Notes under the pieces: generated by a model
What the model was told of the DNA's origin: nothing
Seen by the model: only the letters and a program-made list of their open reading frames with translations
Databases searched by the model: none
Assembly: GCA_013239625.1 (NCBI GenBank)
Contig: MU054026.1
Coordinates: 682,001 to 746,000 of the forward strand
Reading direction: 5' to 3'
Source: Lama guanicoe
Taxonomy: Eukaryota
DNA: 64,000 nucleotides
Made by a program: the position numbers and the translations under genes
In this document: positions 50,430 through 62,148 of the stretch, piece by piece
Layout of the letters: every line of letters starts with the position of its first letter
Position numbering within the stretch: the stretch's first letter is position 1

Positions 50430-50810
50430 CTTCATTAATCACTGCCAGAATGTTTATTGAACACGTCACGTTGTGCCAGTCACAGTGCTGGGAAAGGGAG
50501 ACGCACAGGTTAGAAGAGATCACTGCTGTTGTTAAAGTGGTCATAGTGGTCAGCGAGGAAGTCAATAGTTGGCAAGTCGAAAAACAGCACATTGTGATAA
50601 TTCCAATAAACGGGGGCCACTGTAAGTGTTAAGAGGGGTTCAACAGATTGGATTCAAGGGTTTCCTGGAGGTGTCAAGGAAATCATCACTGAATACGGCT
50701 CAATTTATCTTTTGAAAAAGAAGCAGGGATCTTCTAGAAAGGAGGGTAGAGGGCATTCCAGGAGGAGGGATGCCTTTGTACAAAGGCTTAGAAGTAGGAA
50801 AAAGCAAAAT
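50430..50810 (-). mobile_element. L2 fragment
   Basis: 'gtttattgaacac...tgtgccagtcacagtgctggg...agggcattccaggaggagggatgcc...caaaggcttaga'. Confidence 0.65.
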
Positions 50811-52774
50811 ATGAACTTACTGAAACAGGACAGGGGTCAAAGAACTGAGAAATTATGATTGAGAAGACCCGCTTTTATCTAATTTACAAAATGGAAATTA
50901 AAGTAGTGAGTTCTCCAACGATGTAAGGGGTGGGGGGAAGATCTTTGACCATTTAGTTTGGTATTAGGACTTCTGGGGGAGTTAAACAAGCAAAACAAAA
51001 CAAAACAGAACAAAACTTTTAGTTAGAATATCCAGTTATTACTAGAATCTACAGCAATTCTCTGCTGGGTTGAAATATCCCAGTTAAAACAGTAGAGGAA
51101 GCAGCTTTGTAGAATTAAACAATAGTGTGAAAATGGGAATACAACTGAAATTATATGTGCTACTAATTTGCAAATACAAATCAGAAAATATCAAAATGGT
51201 AAATCTGCATTTTAAAAGTGCAATTTATCACCCCTTTACAACCCAGTATTATTGGGCTATTACCTTGATGATTAAACTTTTCAATTGCATGTTGCACTGT
51301 ATTAAGCTTTATACAACCATTAATTAGTTCACTCACATAAAAGCCGTGGGAGAAGCAGAGGGGTTTTATTACCTGCTGTTTCACAGATGAGAAAGCAAAG
51401 GCAGCCTGTTTAAGTGGCTTCCTGAGGCCCTCCTGCTGGGCCAGCAGGGTGGGAGGCCAGCCTCCCGCATTGCCAGCCTGGGTCAGCTCCCTCAGTGCGG
51501 CTCCCAGCCCCAGTCTCTCCACTAATGGGGAATGGGTGCCCCTGGTGTTCTTAAAAATTGATATTCAGGGCCACAATATGGATCTGTCACATCCTATGTT
51601 TGTTTCCTCGTGGCTATTAACAAGCATCTGCTCTGGAAGTGATGGTAATAGCCCCTCCTTCTTTGGAAATGTTGATTTCTAGGATGTAGAGGGTTTTCAA
51701 AGTCTCAGGTTTCTCAGATGAACAGGACCTTGGGTTCCGTGGAGAGGTGGGGGGGCACACATGTTGTACACTTAGGAGCTGACGGTGGCATGGGAGTGGC
51801 AGGGAGGAGCCTTGAGACGAGAAAACCAGAGGACCAGACAAGGGACAGGATATGAAGAAGGAGTTGCACGGTGACAAGGAATGGGAAAACTCTGCCCCTT
51901 CTGGCACATGTTGTCATGCCTGCAAGGAGACCCGGCCAGCCTATGAAATCCAAAAAAGTATATACACACTCACACACAAACACAAATTTAAAGGCATCAT
52001 TATTTCATTTCAGAGTATGGAGTATCTGTCGATCATTTTGTCTAGAACCTGGTTTAGAATGTCCAGTAACTTTTTAAAAAGAATTTGTGAATTTCAGTAG
52101 TTATTTTCAGTCCAGGTCAAGTTCAGATGATTGACTTACCTGACTAACCACACTCCTCAGAGAGTTTTTTCCTTCAGATAAAACATTTTGAGCAAAGTGG
52201 CTGAAAGTTGTCCTTCAAAATCTAAAGAATCTGGCTAAGTGAGGCAGGCTGGTAATAAATTGCCTTTAAGAGATGTGAGACATTATAGATTTTATCCTGG
52301 GGACTTGAGAGTTGTCATAAAAATGGCACTTACATTCTAATTCTTCTTGGGGGTTGTTTGTGAGAGTCTTATCAGTGTTCCCTTGGGAATTAACCTATTC
52401 ACAGTCAGGCGAGTAGCAGAGGAATGTGCTCCACTGATTTCTCTTAGAAATGTAAATCAAACCAAGACTTACTCATTTATAAGTGAGTCCCAGGACCAGG
52501 GAAGCAGCGCCCCTTTTGCATCACCCCCAGCATAGAAGGCAAGAGGAATTTGATTGCTGTTCTGTGTGTATTCCGTTGGGGAGGCAGCCAGGCCCATTCG
52601 TGGGGAAAAAAGTATTTCACCTTTCAGGGTCATTAATCCCATTGCTTAGGGTTAATGTCTTACTCCTGAGGAGAATGTCATCATGAAGCAGTTACTAGAC
52701 TGCCACATAAAAGTGTCTCATTTACTGGATGAGCCAAGGAGAGACTCTGTCTTTCTCTGAAGGCACGGTGGAAA

Positions 52775-52950
52775 CGCTTAGTGGAATGAGCGTGGGCTTT
52801 GAGGTCCTGCAGAGTCCTGGGCAACTCCAGGCAGGTTGTAGAGATTTGCTGAGCCTCAGTTTTCACATCTGAAATATAAGGAAGATGTTTGGTACTTTTG
52901 AGGGTAATGATAAAGGTGAGATTTTCTCATGTGTTGGCAGTAGAGAACAA
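52775..52950 (+). mobile_element. MIR fragment
   Basis: 'tagtggaatgagcgtgggctttgagg...ctgagcctcagttttcacatctgaaat'. Confidence 0.7.
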
Positions 52951-52997
52951 ATAAATCTTCTTCCGAAGTCCAAAGGTATTGATTATTAACCCCTGCT

Positions 52998-53422
52998 CAA
53001 AAAAAAAAAAATCAATGGCAATGCTTAAAAATTGCAGCAGGACTAAGGACCACTGTGATGGAATTTTGCAGTGGGGGAAAGAGATCCGGGCTCAGCTGGA
53101 ACGCAGCACGGGCAAGCGGGACTTTACGGACAAGGAGCAGAGTGAGGTCTGTGCGTGGAAAATGACTAAAGAACACATGAAAGTGAAACTGCCCTGCCAG
53201 GATTCCCTTTGAAAGGGAGGCCAGGTTGATCAGACATCTCCGGGGTGGGGAGTGGGGGAGGATGAGGAATCTGATCAGACACAGAGAGTGGGGGTTCTCG
53301 TTAAAGTGACTTAGCAGGATTCTGGCTGAATCAGACCATGCAGAGATGTCCAAAAATCCGGCCGAGTTGGAAAAAAGTTCAGAGGATCTTGAGCAGAGTT
53401 TGATCAGTGAAAATCTTTGTCA
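52998..53422 (-). mobile_element. MER31-like ERV1 LTR
   Basis: Reverse complement resembles MER31: 'tgacaaaga...gaatcctgctaagtca...tctgatcagattcctcatcc...gatgtctgatcaacctggcct...ctgcaaaa...cagtggtcc'. Confidence 0.8.
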
Positions 53423-54941
53423 CTCCAGGGGTCATGTTTGTTACTGATTGCCAAGGAAGTGACAGGTTCTGACAAGGGAGGATAGAGGTAAAGAAGGGCC
53501 CAGAGCTAAGGGCGTTGCCATGAGGGGTGGGTCTGTGAGGCAAGGCTCGGACTCCCAACTGGTCTGCTTGTAGCAGGCAGGGCTGGGCACAGCACAGAAG
53601 AAAGGAGCCTCCTCCTCTTCACAACCTTGCCTGGGCCAAGTCAGGGAACTTAGACACCTCCTTGCCCCTGGAACTGCTGCAAAATGTCTTAGAATTTTGA
53701 AACTCTACGTGCATTATTTTATTTTTAAAGAAGTCACCCCCATTTGGACTATTAACCAGAGCAGATGACTCTTTTGACTGACAGTCCCATTCCCCAGATT
53801 TAAAATAAAAGCAACGAGTGGGACTTTGTAAAAAGTTCCCAGCGAAATATGATTGCTGTTTAAAAAAAAAAAAAGCCAGACCAGCCAGATGGATAAAGAT
53901 GTGCGGGTTAATTGCTGAATCTGCATCTCACCTGCATCTTTTATGTGGCAGATATGAATGGTTTATAGGTAACGAGGTCCTCGCAGAAGAGTTATGGCCT
54001 AATGGTCTGACATTTGTAAAACTGTAAAATGTGGGGGGGGGGCGGGATTTAACAAACAGGATGGCTTCCTCTCTTGCATATTAACATAATTATGCACCCA
54101 CACACACGTCTAGGAGTAAATAACGTATTTATAGCGTTAGGAATCTCCAAAAGATATTAAGCAGACAGTGCAATTTGCATTTTAATTTTCTTCCAAGGGA
54201 ATCTTTCTGTTTGTATTGAAACTTCTGGGAGCTCTAAGCTTTTTTAGCTGTTCCTGTGGCCTCTGCCTTCTTGCTGCGTTTAGTAGCAGGGCTGGCAGGA
54301 TGAATGGTTCACTCAGGTTCTAACCTCTACTTTTCAGGATGGAAGCTTAGGGAAGAGAAGGGTTCAAACATTCCAACATGGAGATGCTTATGCACTGGGA
54401 GGCCAGAGGTTCTGGAAAACCAGGACATGTTGATGCCACGTTTCTGACCATCAGTTTGTCTGTGATATTTGGGGTTTTTTGTTCCTTGCCTAACTTCTTT
54501 CCCCAAAGCCTTTGGGGGACCAAAGAGTCTGGTAGAATAGCCTAACGGTTGAAATATCTGTATTTAAAGTGAGAACAAAATAACATTTTTGCTTTCTGAA
54601 GCAAGCCCTCAAGTCTGAGTCCCCCACCTCCTACGGAGCCCTGGGGGAGTTTGAGATGTTGGAAATTTTATCGCCGGATTTATTCCTGATTTGGGTGGCT
54701 CAGACTGAAGGGAGCAACTTGTACAGTTGAGAGTTGAGAGCTCTCTGTGCCTCTGCTCATATCTTCCTGATTTTCAGAGTGTCATCCTTATCTCCTGGTC
54801 CCCAGTGTCTACCTTTCCTTGGAGGCTCAAAAAGACCGCTATCCACATGGCTTATCCTGACAAGCCCGGGCGATGGTCTCCTCCTCGCTAAGCCGCCCAG
54901 CACAGTGAAGCAGGGAGTCCTCAGCTTGTCACTCTCTAGTC

Positions 54942-55095
54942 CAGCACTTCTCAGGCTGTCATGCGCCCGTAGATCACTGGAGGAATCTTGGAAAGATGCG
55001 CATTTTGGTTCTTAGGTTTGGAGTAGGATCTGAGGTTCCACATTTCTGACAAACTCTCAGGGGATATCCATCTGCTGGTCTTGAGAGCCTCACTG
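54942..55095. mobile_element. MER5A-like hAT-Charlie element
   Basis: 'cagcacttctcaggct...gatcactggaggaatcttg...taggtttggagtaggatctgag...catttctgacaaactctcagg...tgctggtc'. Confidence 0.7.
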
Positions 55096-55273
55096 ACCTG
55101 TGTGTGCTGGGCTTGGCTGCCCAATTACGCGTTTAATGGTCATGGACCATAAACACCTGGCCCTGTACTGTCTGCATGGTACGCTGATGAGCAGGTGAGG
55201 AGGGGCCGTGAGCTCAGTGATGGAGACGGTCAGGTGAGAAGATGGTCAGGTGCTTGGATGTTGGGGCACACAG

Positions 55274-55779
55274 TGTCAAGAACGGTAAAGGGTCTGAGAT
55301 TTTACCCAACTTGCAGGCTAAGAAATCTGTCTGCCACAGTTCCGTGAATTTTGGGAGAAGACACAAGACTCCCGAGTCAGAGACAAAGGACCGTTTGTTA
55401 CTTACAGCAATTAAAAGTAGCCAGTGCATTGTCATTTGTGGTGCTTTTCCAAACCCCAGTTCCCACAGGGCATTGCAGCAAGGACATGGTGACCCCGGCA
55501 TGTGTCGTGGGATGATGACAAGAGAGACCTCGAGCTTAGGAAATGTATAAAAGGGCTGGCAGCAAATGTTCTCAACTTTGACCCTGAAGACAGACGTTCT
55601 ATCAGTTATCCTGGACAGCAAACATGTCTGCCTTCTGCCCTAGAGGTAAATTGTCTGTCTTCCAAAGCTTTTTTTGTGATTCAGGCATCCCTGAAAGATA
55701 GTCTGGATCAAAAGTAGTCAGTGCCTCCGTTCACACGATATGCAGGGACGTGAGACCTGGGGAGAACTGTGGTCCAACA
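55274..55779 (-). mobile_element. ERVL-class solo LTR (MER76/LTR53-like), 506 bp, perfect 5-bp TSD
   Basis: tgtcaagaac...gtccaaca flanked by CACAG at 55269-55273 and 55780-55784; 'gggtctgagattttaccc..cttgca..cta...gagtcagagacaaagga'. Confidence 0.85.
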
Positions 55780-55816
55780 CACAGGTGAGCATATAGCCGG
55801 ACTGGATGATAATTGA

Positions 55817-56285
55817 TGTTTGAATTTTCCCTGGGTGCCATAACAAATTACTGCAGGGTGGCTTAAAACAATAGAAGTTTATTCTCTCACAGTCCTGGAG
55901 TCTAGAAATGCAAAATCAAGGTGTCAGCAGGGTCATGCTCCCTTTGAAGGCTCTAGGGAAGAATGCATCCTTGCTTACCCCTCGCTTCTAGCGGCTCCCA
56001 GGAAATCCTTGTCTTTCCTTGGCTTTCAACTACATCACTCTCATCTCTGCCACTTTTGTAACATGACCTTCTTCCCTGTGTGTCTGTATTTCTAAGTCTC
56101 TAAATATCTCTTCCCTTGAAAGGACACTAGTCATTGGATTTAGAGCCCACTGTGATCCAATATGACATTTTCTTAGCTTGATTGCATCTGCAAAGACCCT
56201 ATTTCTAAAGAAGGTCTCTTTCACAGGTGCCTGGGGTTAGGACTTCAATACATCTTTTTGGGAAGATATAATTCAACCTGTAAAA
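55817..56285 (-). mobile_element. MLT1C-like ERVL-MaLR solo LTR
   Basis: 'ggtggcttaaaacaatagaagtttattctctcacagt...aatcaaggtgtcagcaggg...catctgcaaagaccctatttc...ggggttaggacttcaa...aattcaacc'. Confidence 0.9.
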
Positions 56286-57679
56286 CTTCAGTAATAAAAA
56301 AGAAATTCACCGTATATGTATAGTATGAAAAAGGAACACTGTGAATGCACATCCAGACTGATACTTAGCATAGTGTAGGAACAGCTCATTTTACAGGGGA
56401 CGGATATATAGCTTGGTAAATTCTGTGCAGTAGGCATTTTCTTTTTCAGAGCATAGTGGCTTAAGGTCTGAGAAAACCAGATCAAAATAATTGTAAAGTC
56501 CCTTAATGAATCTGGACTTTGTTCCCAACCTTCACTGTGTCTTTATTTTTATCCTTAAATACAGCTCTTTCCATCCAACCACAACCCTTTTGAACTCCCA
56601 CCCACATGCCTTCCTTCTCATCATTTATCATGAATTTAAATGTTTGGATCTCCCCACTCCGGCAGGAGTCATTTGCCGTTGAAAGCTACATTTCTTAGGA
56701 AAGGAAAAATTCCGTCCTGCCTCAAAAAGAAGCGTAGGTGTTAGTGATCAGCATGCAGGTTAGGAAAGGCATTCTGAGGTCAAGAGCTTGCTCCTGTGTT
56801 TTACCATCACCACTGATGCCAGATCTGATGAATGAACCTTAATTCGTGCGTGGGTACCACACTCAAGAGTTATGTAACGAGGCTTTCTTCTTTGCCTGAG
56901 TGTCTGAGAATTTTGCTTTCTTTTGTCCTATATCTGCTTGAGATAAGACCCTGGGGATGCAATGGAAGGAGGGCAAAGCCACAGACAACCCCCTCGTCAG
57001 GTGCTTCTAGCTCTCTCTTGTTTCTCAAGATAGCGTTTCCCCCTCTTATGAAACAGTCCCATTCCCACTCACAGGGTACCCCTGGGAAAATGGATGGGCA
57101 TATAATTATTGAATGAACAAGAGCATGGACTAGAGAGCTGCCTCATTTGCCCTTAAGAATCCTATGAGTGGGCTGGTGCAGGGCAGAAAAGTGCATGCTT
57201 TTATTCTCTTAAAATTCCATGAAAGCAAAGGCTTTTCTGACAAAAGATCCATATAACAAACCCGTGTCTTTGTTTCAGACCATAAGCCTGTAGAGAAAAT
57301 TTTGCTGATCTGGTTATAACTCACGACAATGAAAATCACAGGACAGATGATCAGAGGCTTTTATTCTGAGTCCAGCCCATGAAGCAGTCACTGTCTACAG
57401 CACAGATCTTCCTGTGCTCTTGGCATTGTTTCATTACAAGAGGAAAACATTTTCTGACTCTTCACCCCCATCCTTTTTTAGCCATTATGTTCGTTATTCT
57501 TAACTCCTCACATCCCAGTAGAAAGTTTGCCCAAATTTACTCACATTATCTCCCCCCAGATTGGATTCTTAAATAACCTAAATTTGGCTGGAATAATGTT
57601 TATATCTTACTCATTCCCGTGGAGGCACAAACCTAGATTCCCTGTTGACTCCTTTGTTTTGGGACGCTCCCCCTAATGT

Positions 57680-57990
57680 TCAGGCATGGTACTACACACG
57701 GAAGATGGAAAGGTGACCGTTAGTCCCTGTCTCTCAGGAGCTCAGTTGAGTGAGTGAGTGCACGGGGTATGAGTATGAGAAAGAGAAATGGAGAGACCAT
57801 TTGTAAGCAAGACAAAATAAATGGTATAATGAGCACACACCGTAGGGAACGTTCATTGTGCACTAAATGGGCCAGGGAGAGCTTCCAGAAGAAAGAGAGG
57901 ACTGAAATGAATTATGAAAAATATTTGACATATAACCAGGTCAAACTGTGGAACAGAGTTTTTGGAAACAGCACATGCAAAGAAGGGCAG
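57680..57990 (-). mobile_element. L2 fragment
   Basis: 'tagtccctgtctctcaggagctcag...cagggagagcttccagaaga...aacagcacatgcaaag'. Confidence 0.55.
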
Positions 57991-59259
57991 GAAGCTGTAC
58001 TCATGCTGGCAAGTGGTTCAGCTTGGCTGTCCGTAGACATTCAATTTATTGATGGATGTTTAAAGAGGCCCCCATTCTGGTCCAATTCTAGCGTCACCAA
58101 AGGGTGTGAATGCCCAGTGGGGTTCATTAAAGCGGTGTTAAATATGGCGCACACAGAAATGTGAATGTATATTACTGAGGGTTGCAGTACATTCACATAT
58201 GAAATAAGTAGAAAGAAAAACCTTGTGTTCTGTGATGAGCGGTGTCACTCTCTCCCATTTAATGTGACTAAAGGCGACATTTGATAGTTCCACAGAGCTT
58301 TCTGTGCAGATCCATATCCCCTGGGTGGCATCCATTTCCTTTTATCCTGCATATTGTGGTACGAGACAAAACAGCAATATGACATCAGTTATAGAAGAGA
58401 ATCTGGGTCAAAACCAAAATCACACAGTACTGTGATTCTTTGAATTCAGGACTGTCAGGGCATGTTATTCACATGTTTGTTTCTCTTTTATTTCTTTCTG
58501 TGAGAGGTCCCTGCATGTCCAGGTAAGCAAGGGAAACACTTGGCTGCTGTCTGCTGGCAGTCTGTTGTCTGTGCTATGCCTCCAAGTTCAAGACCAAACA
58601 GTCGGCAGCATTGCCAGTGGCCAGATCTTTCCACTGCCTGCTGTCTGCGTCTCCCAGTCCTTGGGGATGTGGAAGAACTTCAGGGGTGTGTGTTGTGTGG
58701 GGACAGTTAAGACAGAGAGTCCCAGAGGCTTACTCCCAAATTAACCTGAAGAGGAAGTCTACGTGGGTGGAGTGAGTCAGCCAGCCTTAGACCTTCTAGA
58801 TGGAAAAAAAATAGTGTGAGATGTGGTGTGAGAGGTGCTGGGAAGCTCCAGAGAAGCACTTTGAAGGCTTAAATAAAATACTTTCTTTGTTAAGTGAGAG
58901 AAAGGACCCAATGCAAGTATACATCCACCCTTTTTTTCAGTATTGACTTTGCCTTATTTATTTGGGAAATTTCAGAATAGCTTCCAGAGGCATGAGCAGT
59001 CAATAGACGTGTCCAAGTTTTCAATTCAGTTTTGTTCAAAAGTCTATGTGCTTATCAAACTTCTGCCGTGTGTCCTTCATTGTGCTGATGGAGATACAAG
59101 GGGAGAAGGCGCTGAGCTCACAGTCCGGTCTGGGAAAATGAAAGTGCACACAGGAGTGTGTATATTTGACACTGTAGTTAGTAAGTTCAGTTCAGTGCCC
59201 CCCCAATAAATTAATATTATTTAAGTTTTACTAAGTGCGAAGTACTAAGGAGGTTCACA

Positions 59260-59435
59260 TGAAAGCGTATGGACTGGACTTTTCCACTTTCCACCTGGAT
59301 TTCTTGGGACTCTTTGAGCCTGCATTTCTTCATTTGTAAAATAAGGGTGACAGAGAGCATCTCATCACATTGGAATATGATGGTGGTGTAGCAGCTGGTT
59401 CCACAAACAGCACAAATGGACACTCAGTTATACTA
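59260..59435 (+). mobile_element. MIR fragment
   Basis: 'ctctttgagcctgcatttcttcatttgtaaaataagggtgaca'. Confidence 0.6.
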
Positions 59436-60239
59436 AGCTTTTTTGCTTTTTATCTTGCCTTATGACTAAGTTTCTACGTAAAGCTCTAGACTTCCAGGGA
59501 CCGGATTTCACTGCCGGGGCATCACTGCCCTGCTTTAGTTTCTTTTAGAAAAGCCGTATTGAAATTAAGTTCAGTTCATAGCAGGGGACCCACACTCTCA
59601 ATATGCTTATCATTACCCTTTGACTGATCTCCTAATCTCAGATAAATGTCCACACCCAAGTCTCCTTTCTCACCTTTTAATCTGCTCCCTGTCTGTCTTT
59701 CCCCTGGGTGATGTCCAGCACTCCTGATCCCAGCTCTCTTTAGTCTGACTCAGTAACTGCCTGCCAAATCTGGTTCCCAAATGCTAAAGTTGTATACCTG
59801 AGAAATACACTAAACAAATCAATGAATACAGAGAGTGATCAGCTGGGCTCCTTCCTCAGGCGTGTGATGGCCATTTCAGGAGGGGGAGGGATGGATGGAG
59901 AATGGATGTAACTGCCCAAGGTCAAAGTTTGACCCGATACTTGACATGTGCACCTGCGAAGTCTTGATCCACGTTCTCTGTCATTCCACATTCCTTCCTT
60001 CTTCCAAGACACTCACATCTTGAAGATGATCACAATTAATGTGGTTTCTTGTTGCTCATCGTTTCAACCCTAACTTGGCAATTCAATGCCTTGTCTCTTT
60101 CTATCTGTTTACATTCAAGGATGAGTGCATTACTAGCATACCCTTTGTTTCATGTGTGTGTGTAACATGTTGCATAATAGTACTAGTATTATTTGTTTAT
60201 GTCCCACTTTGAAAATTTCAATATTTATGCCTCCACCGT

Positions 60240-60410
60240 ATCACTTATTCTTACAATGCCTTTAAGAAGTGGGGTGTCAGAATTGTATTCAGCTACAGGT
60301 AAGGACGCAGCAGCTCAGACAAGTCAGGTTATTTGTCCAAGGTCACACAGCTAGCTAGATTCAGAGTTTAGATTCCAGATCGACCATTCCACATTTTAGT
60401 GTCCTTTTTT
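60240..60410 (-). mobile_element. MIR fragment
   Basis: 'ttattcttacaatgcctt...gctcagacaagtcaggttatttgtccaaggtcacacagctag'. Confidence 0.7.
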
Positions 60411-60611
60411 TCCACATAATTTTTATTAAAATCATGTTCAATAAGGTTTTGTTAGATAGGGTAGATCAACTTCTTTGGGGATGCTCACCTTTAAATGAAG
60501 ACCTTAGATGCTTTAAACCAAGGCAGTCGTTTCACGTATAAAGTGTTCCAGATGCCACAGCAAACCTTAGATGAGGTGATGGTGATAGGGTGTCCCGTCC
60601 TCCACTCTTAT

Positions 60612-60667
60612 CTTTTTATTATTGTGTTGTAGTCAGTTTACAATGTTGGGTCAATTTCCTTGGTGTG
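60612..60667 (-). mobile_element. Very short L1 3' tail
   Basis: 'tgtagtcagtttacaatgttgggtcaatttcc.tggtgt' is the reverse complement of the tail type seen at ~38420-38460. Confidence 0.6.
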
Positions 60668-61935
60668 TTGCCTTTGCCACTAGCAGCCCTTCTTAAAATC
60701 TCAGCTGATTTCAATCATGTGTTTCACAAATATTGCATAAAAGAGTGTACTCAGCTGGGTTTAGAGGCAGGATTTCAGTTAATCTTCATAAGTAATTTAC
60801 ATGCATGATTTTAGTTAAACAAAGTAACTCTGTGAGGTCTGTTAGTATCTCCATCTTTAAAGTGCAAACACGGACCGAGAGATGGTAATGAATCAGACAT
60901 CAAGCAGCTGACGTTAATCTTTACATCCAGGTTTGACTTAATCAATGCACAGAAATGCTTGTTACACTTCTGGGCTCAGTTCTGGCTTCAGTGATTTCCC
61001 AGAGCTGGGGCATGCTGCCGGAGGCTGTGTCCGAATCACATTTACCCCACCCTCTTTGCCGACATTCCCTTACATCCTGTGGTCTTTATCGTCATCTAGA
61101 GCAACCATATTGTGTGTGGGGGGGGTGCAGTCCACGTGCTGGGAGCCCCTGACCCCTTCAGAAATGCTGCCTGATAACCTTGTGTCCCGGGCACTGGCCC
61201 AAACTCCTCTGTGACAGTAGCCCCCACCACTTACCTCATTTCTGCTTTCCCGGTCCCAAAGTGGAACATTAAGCAACTGGAACCCTGTAATATCTGGTGA
61301 ACTTTACTTTGACGTTAGGCTGTTAGCCACAGCTGGGTGGTTCTTTTTGACAGCCGTTCCTCCAGCCAACACCATGCCTTCCAAATCCTCTGAGCTTTTG
61401 TTCAATTTAAAGTCATCTTTTTTTTTTTCCATGTAGAAAAGCGATATCCTCATGGCAGAGTCTGTCTCTGGCTCCACCGAAGCATGGCAACCTTTAACTA
61501 GAGGACAGGATTTTCATGGCTTGCTCAGCTACAGCGCTCAATTAGTCTTCAAGTATATATATATATATTTTTCCCCCTCTACTTTTTTCCCTAATACACT
61601 GTCAAACATGTCAAAAACAGAGCAGCTTTCTGATGTGGACACTGGCTCATTAAGCCCCAGCTGAGATCATTAAATTATTTTCTTTATGGCCACTGGAAAG
61701 GGCAGATTTACACTTCCTTTGATAGAGCTGGTCTTGAATTTCCTCCCTATTGTGAGACGGATAGTCGGTGATGAACCAGTGATATTTCAGACTCCACTGG
61801 GGGCAGACTGGCTGCTCATAGGACTGAGGTTTCTCGGGTAGAACAGGAAACAAGGAGCCATTGAATGAGCACACATTTCTGGTGCTGCTTCCTGCCGTGG
61901 ACCAATTTTAATGGCATTATTTTGTTCTCATAAGG

Positions 61936-62148
61936 CGGGGGTTTCTCAGCCTTGGCACAAGTCGCTTTTTGCGTCAGGCAGTTCTTCACTGTGGGCGCCC
62001 GCCCTCTGCGCTGTAAGATGTTAGCAGCATGCTGGCTTCCGATTACGTTACTAGCGACACACCCTCTGAATAGTGACAACTAAAAATGTCCCAGACATTG
62101 ACAAACGTCCCACGGGGGCAAAAATCACGCCCAGCTGAAAAACAATGC
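61936..62148. mobile_element. MER20 hAT-Charlie element
   Basis: 'gtttctcagccttggcac...tgtaagatgttagcagcat.ctggc...gtgacaactaaaaatgtcccagacattg.caaa.gtccc..gggggcaaaa.tcac.cccag.tga.aa.ca.tg'. Confidence 0.85.

Noticed and set aside
61793..61808. CTCF-like motif ccactgggggcag (similar partial matches near 19950 and 32390)
   Set aside because: Spacing or core mismatches against the CTCF consensus; expected by chance.
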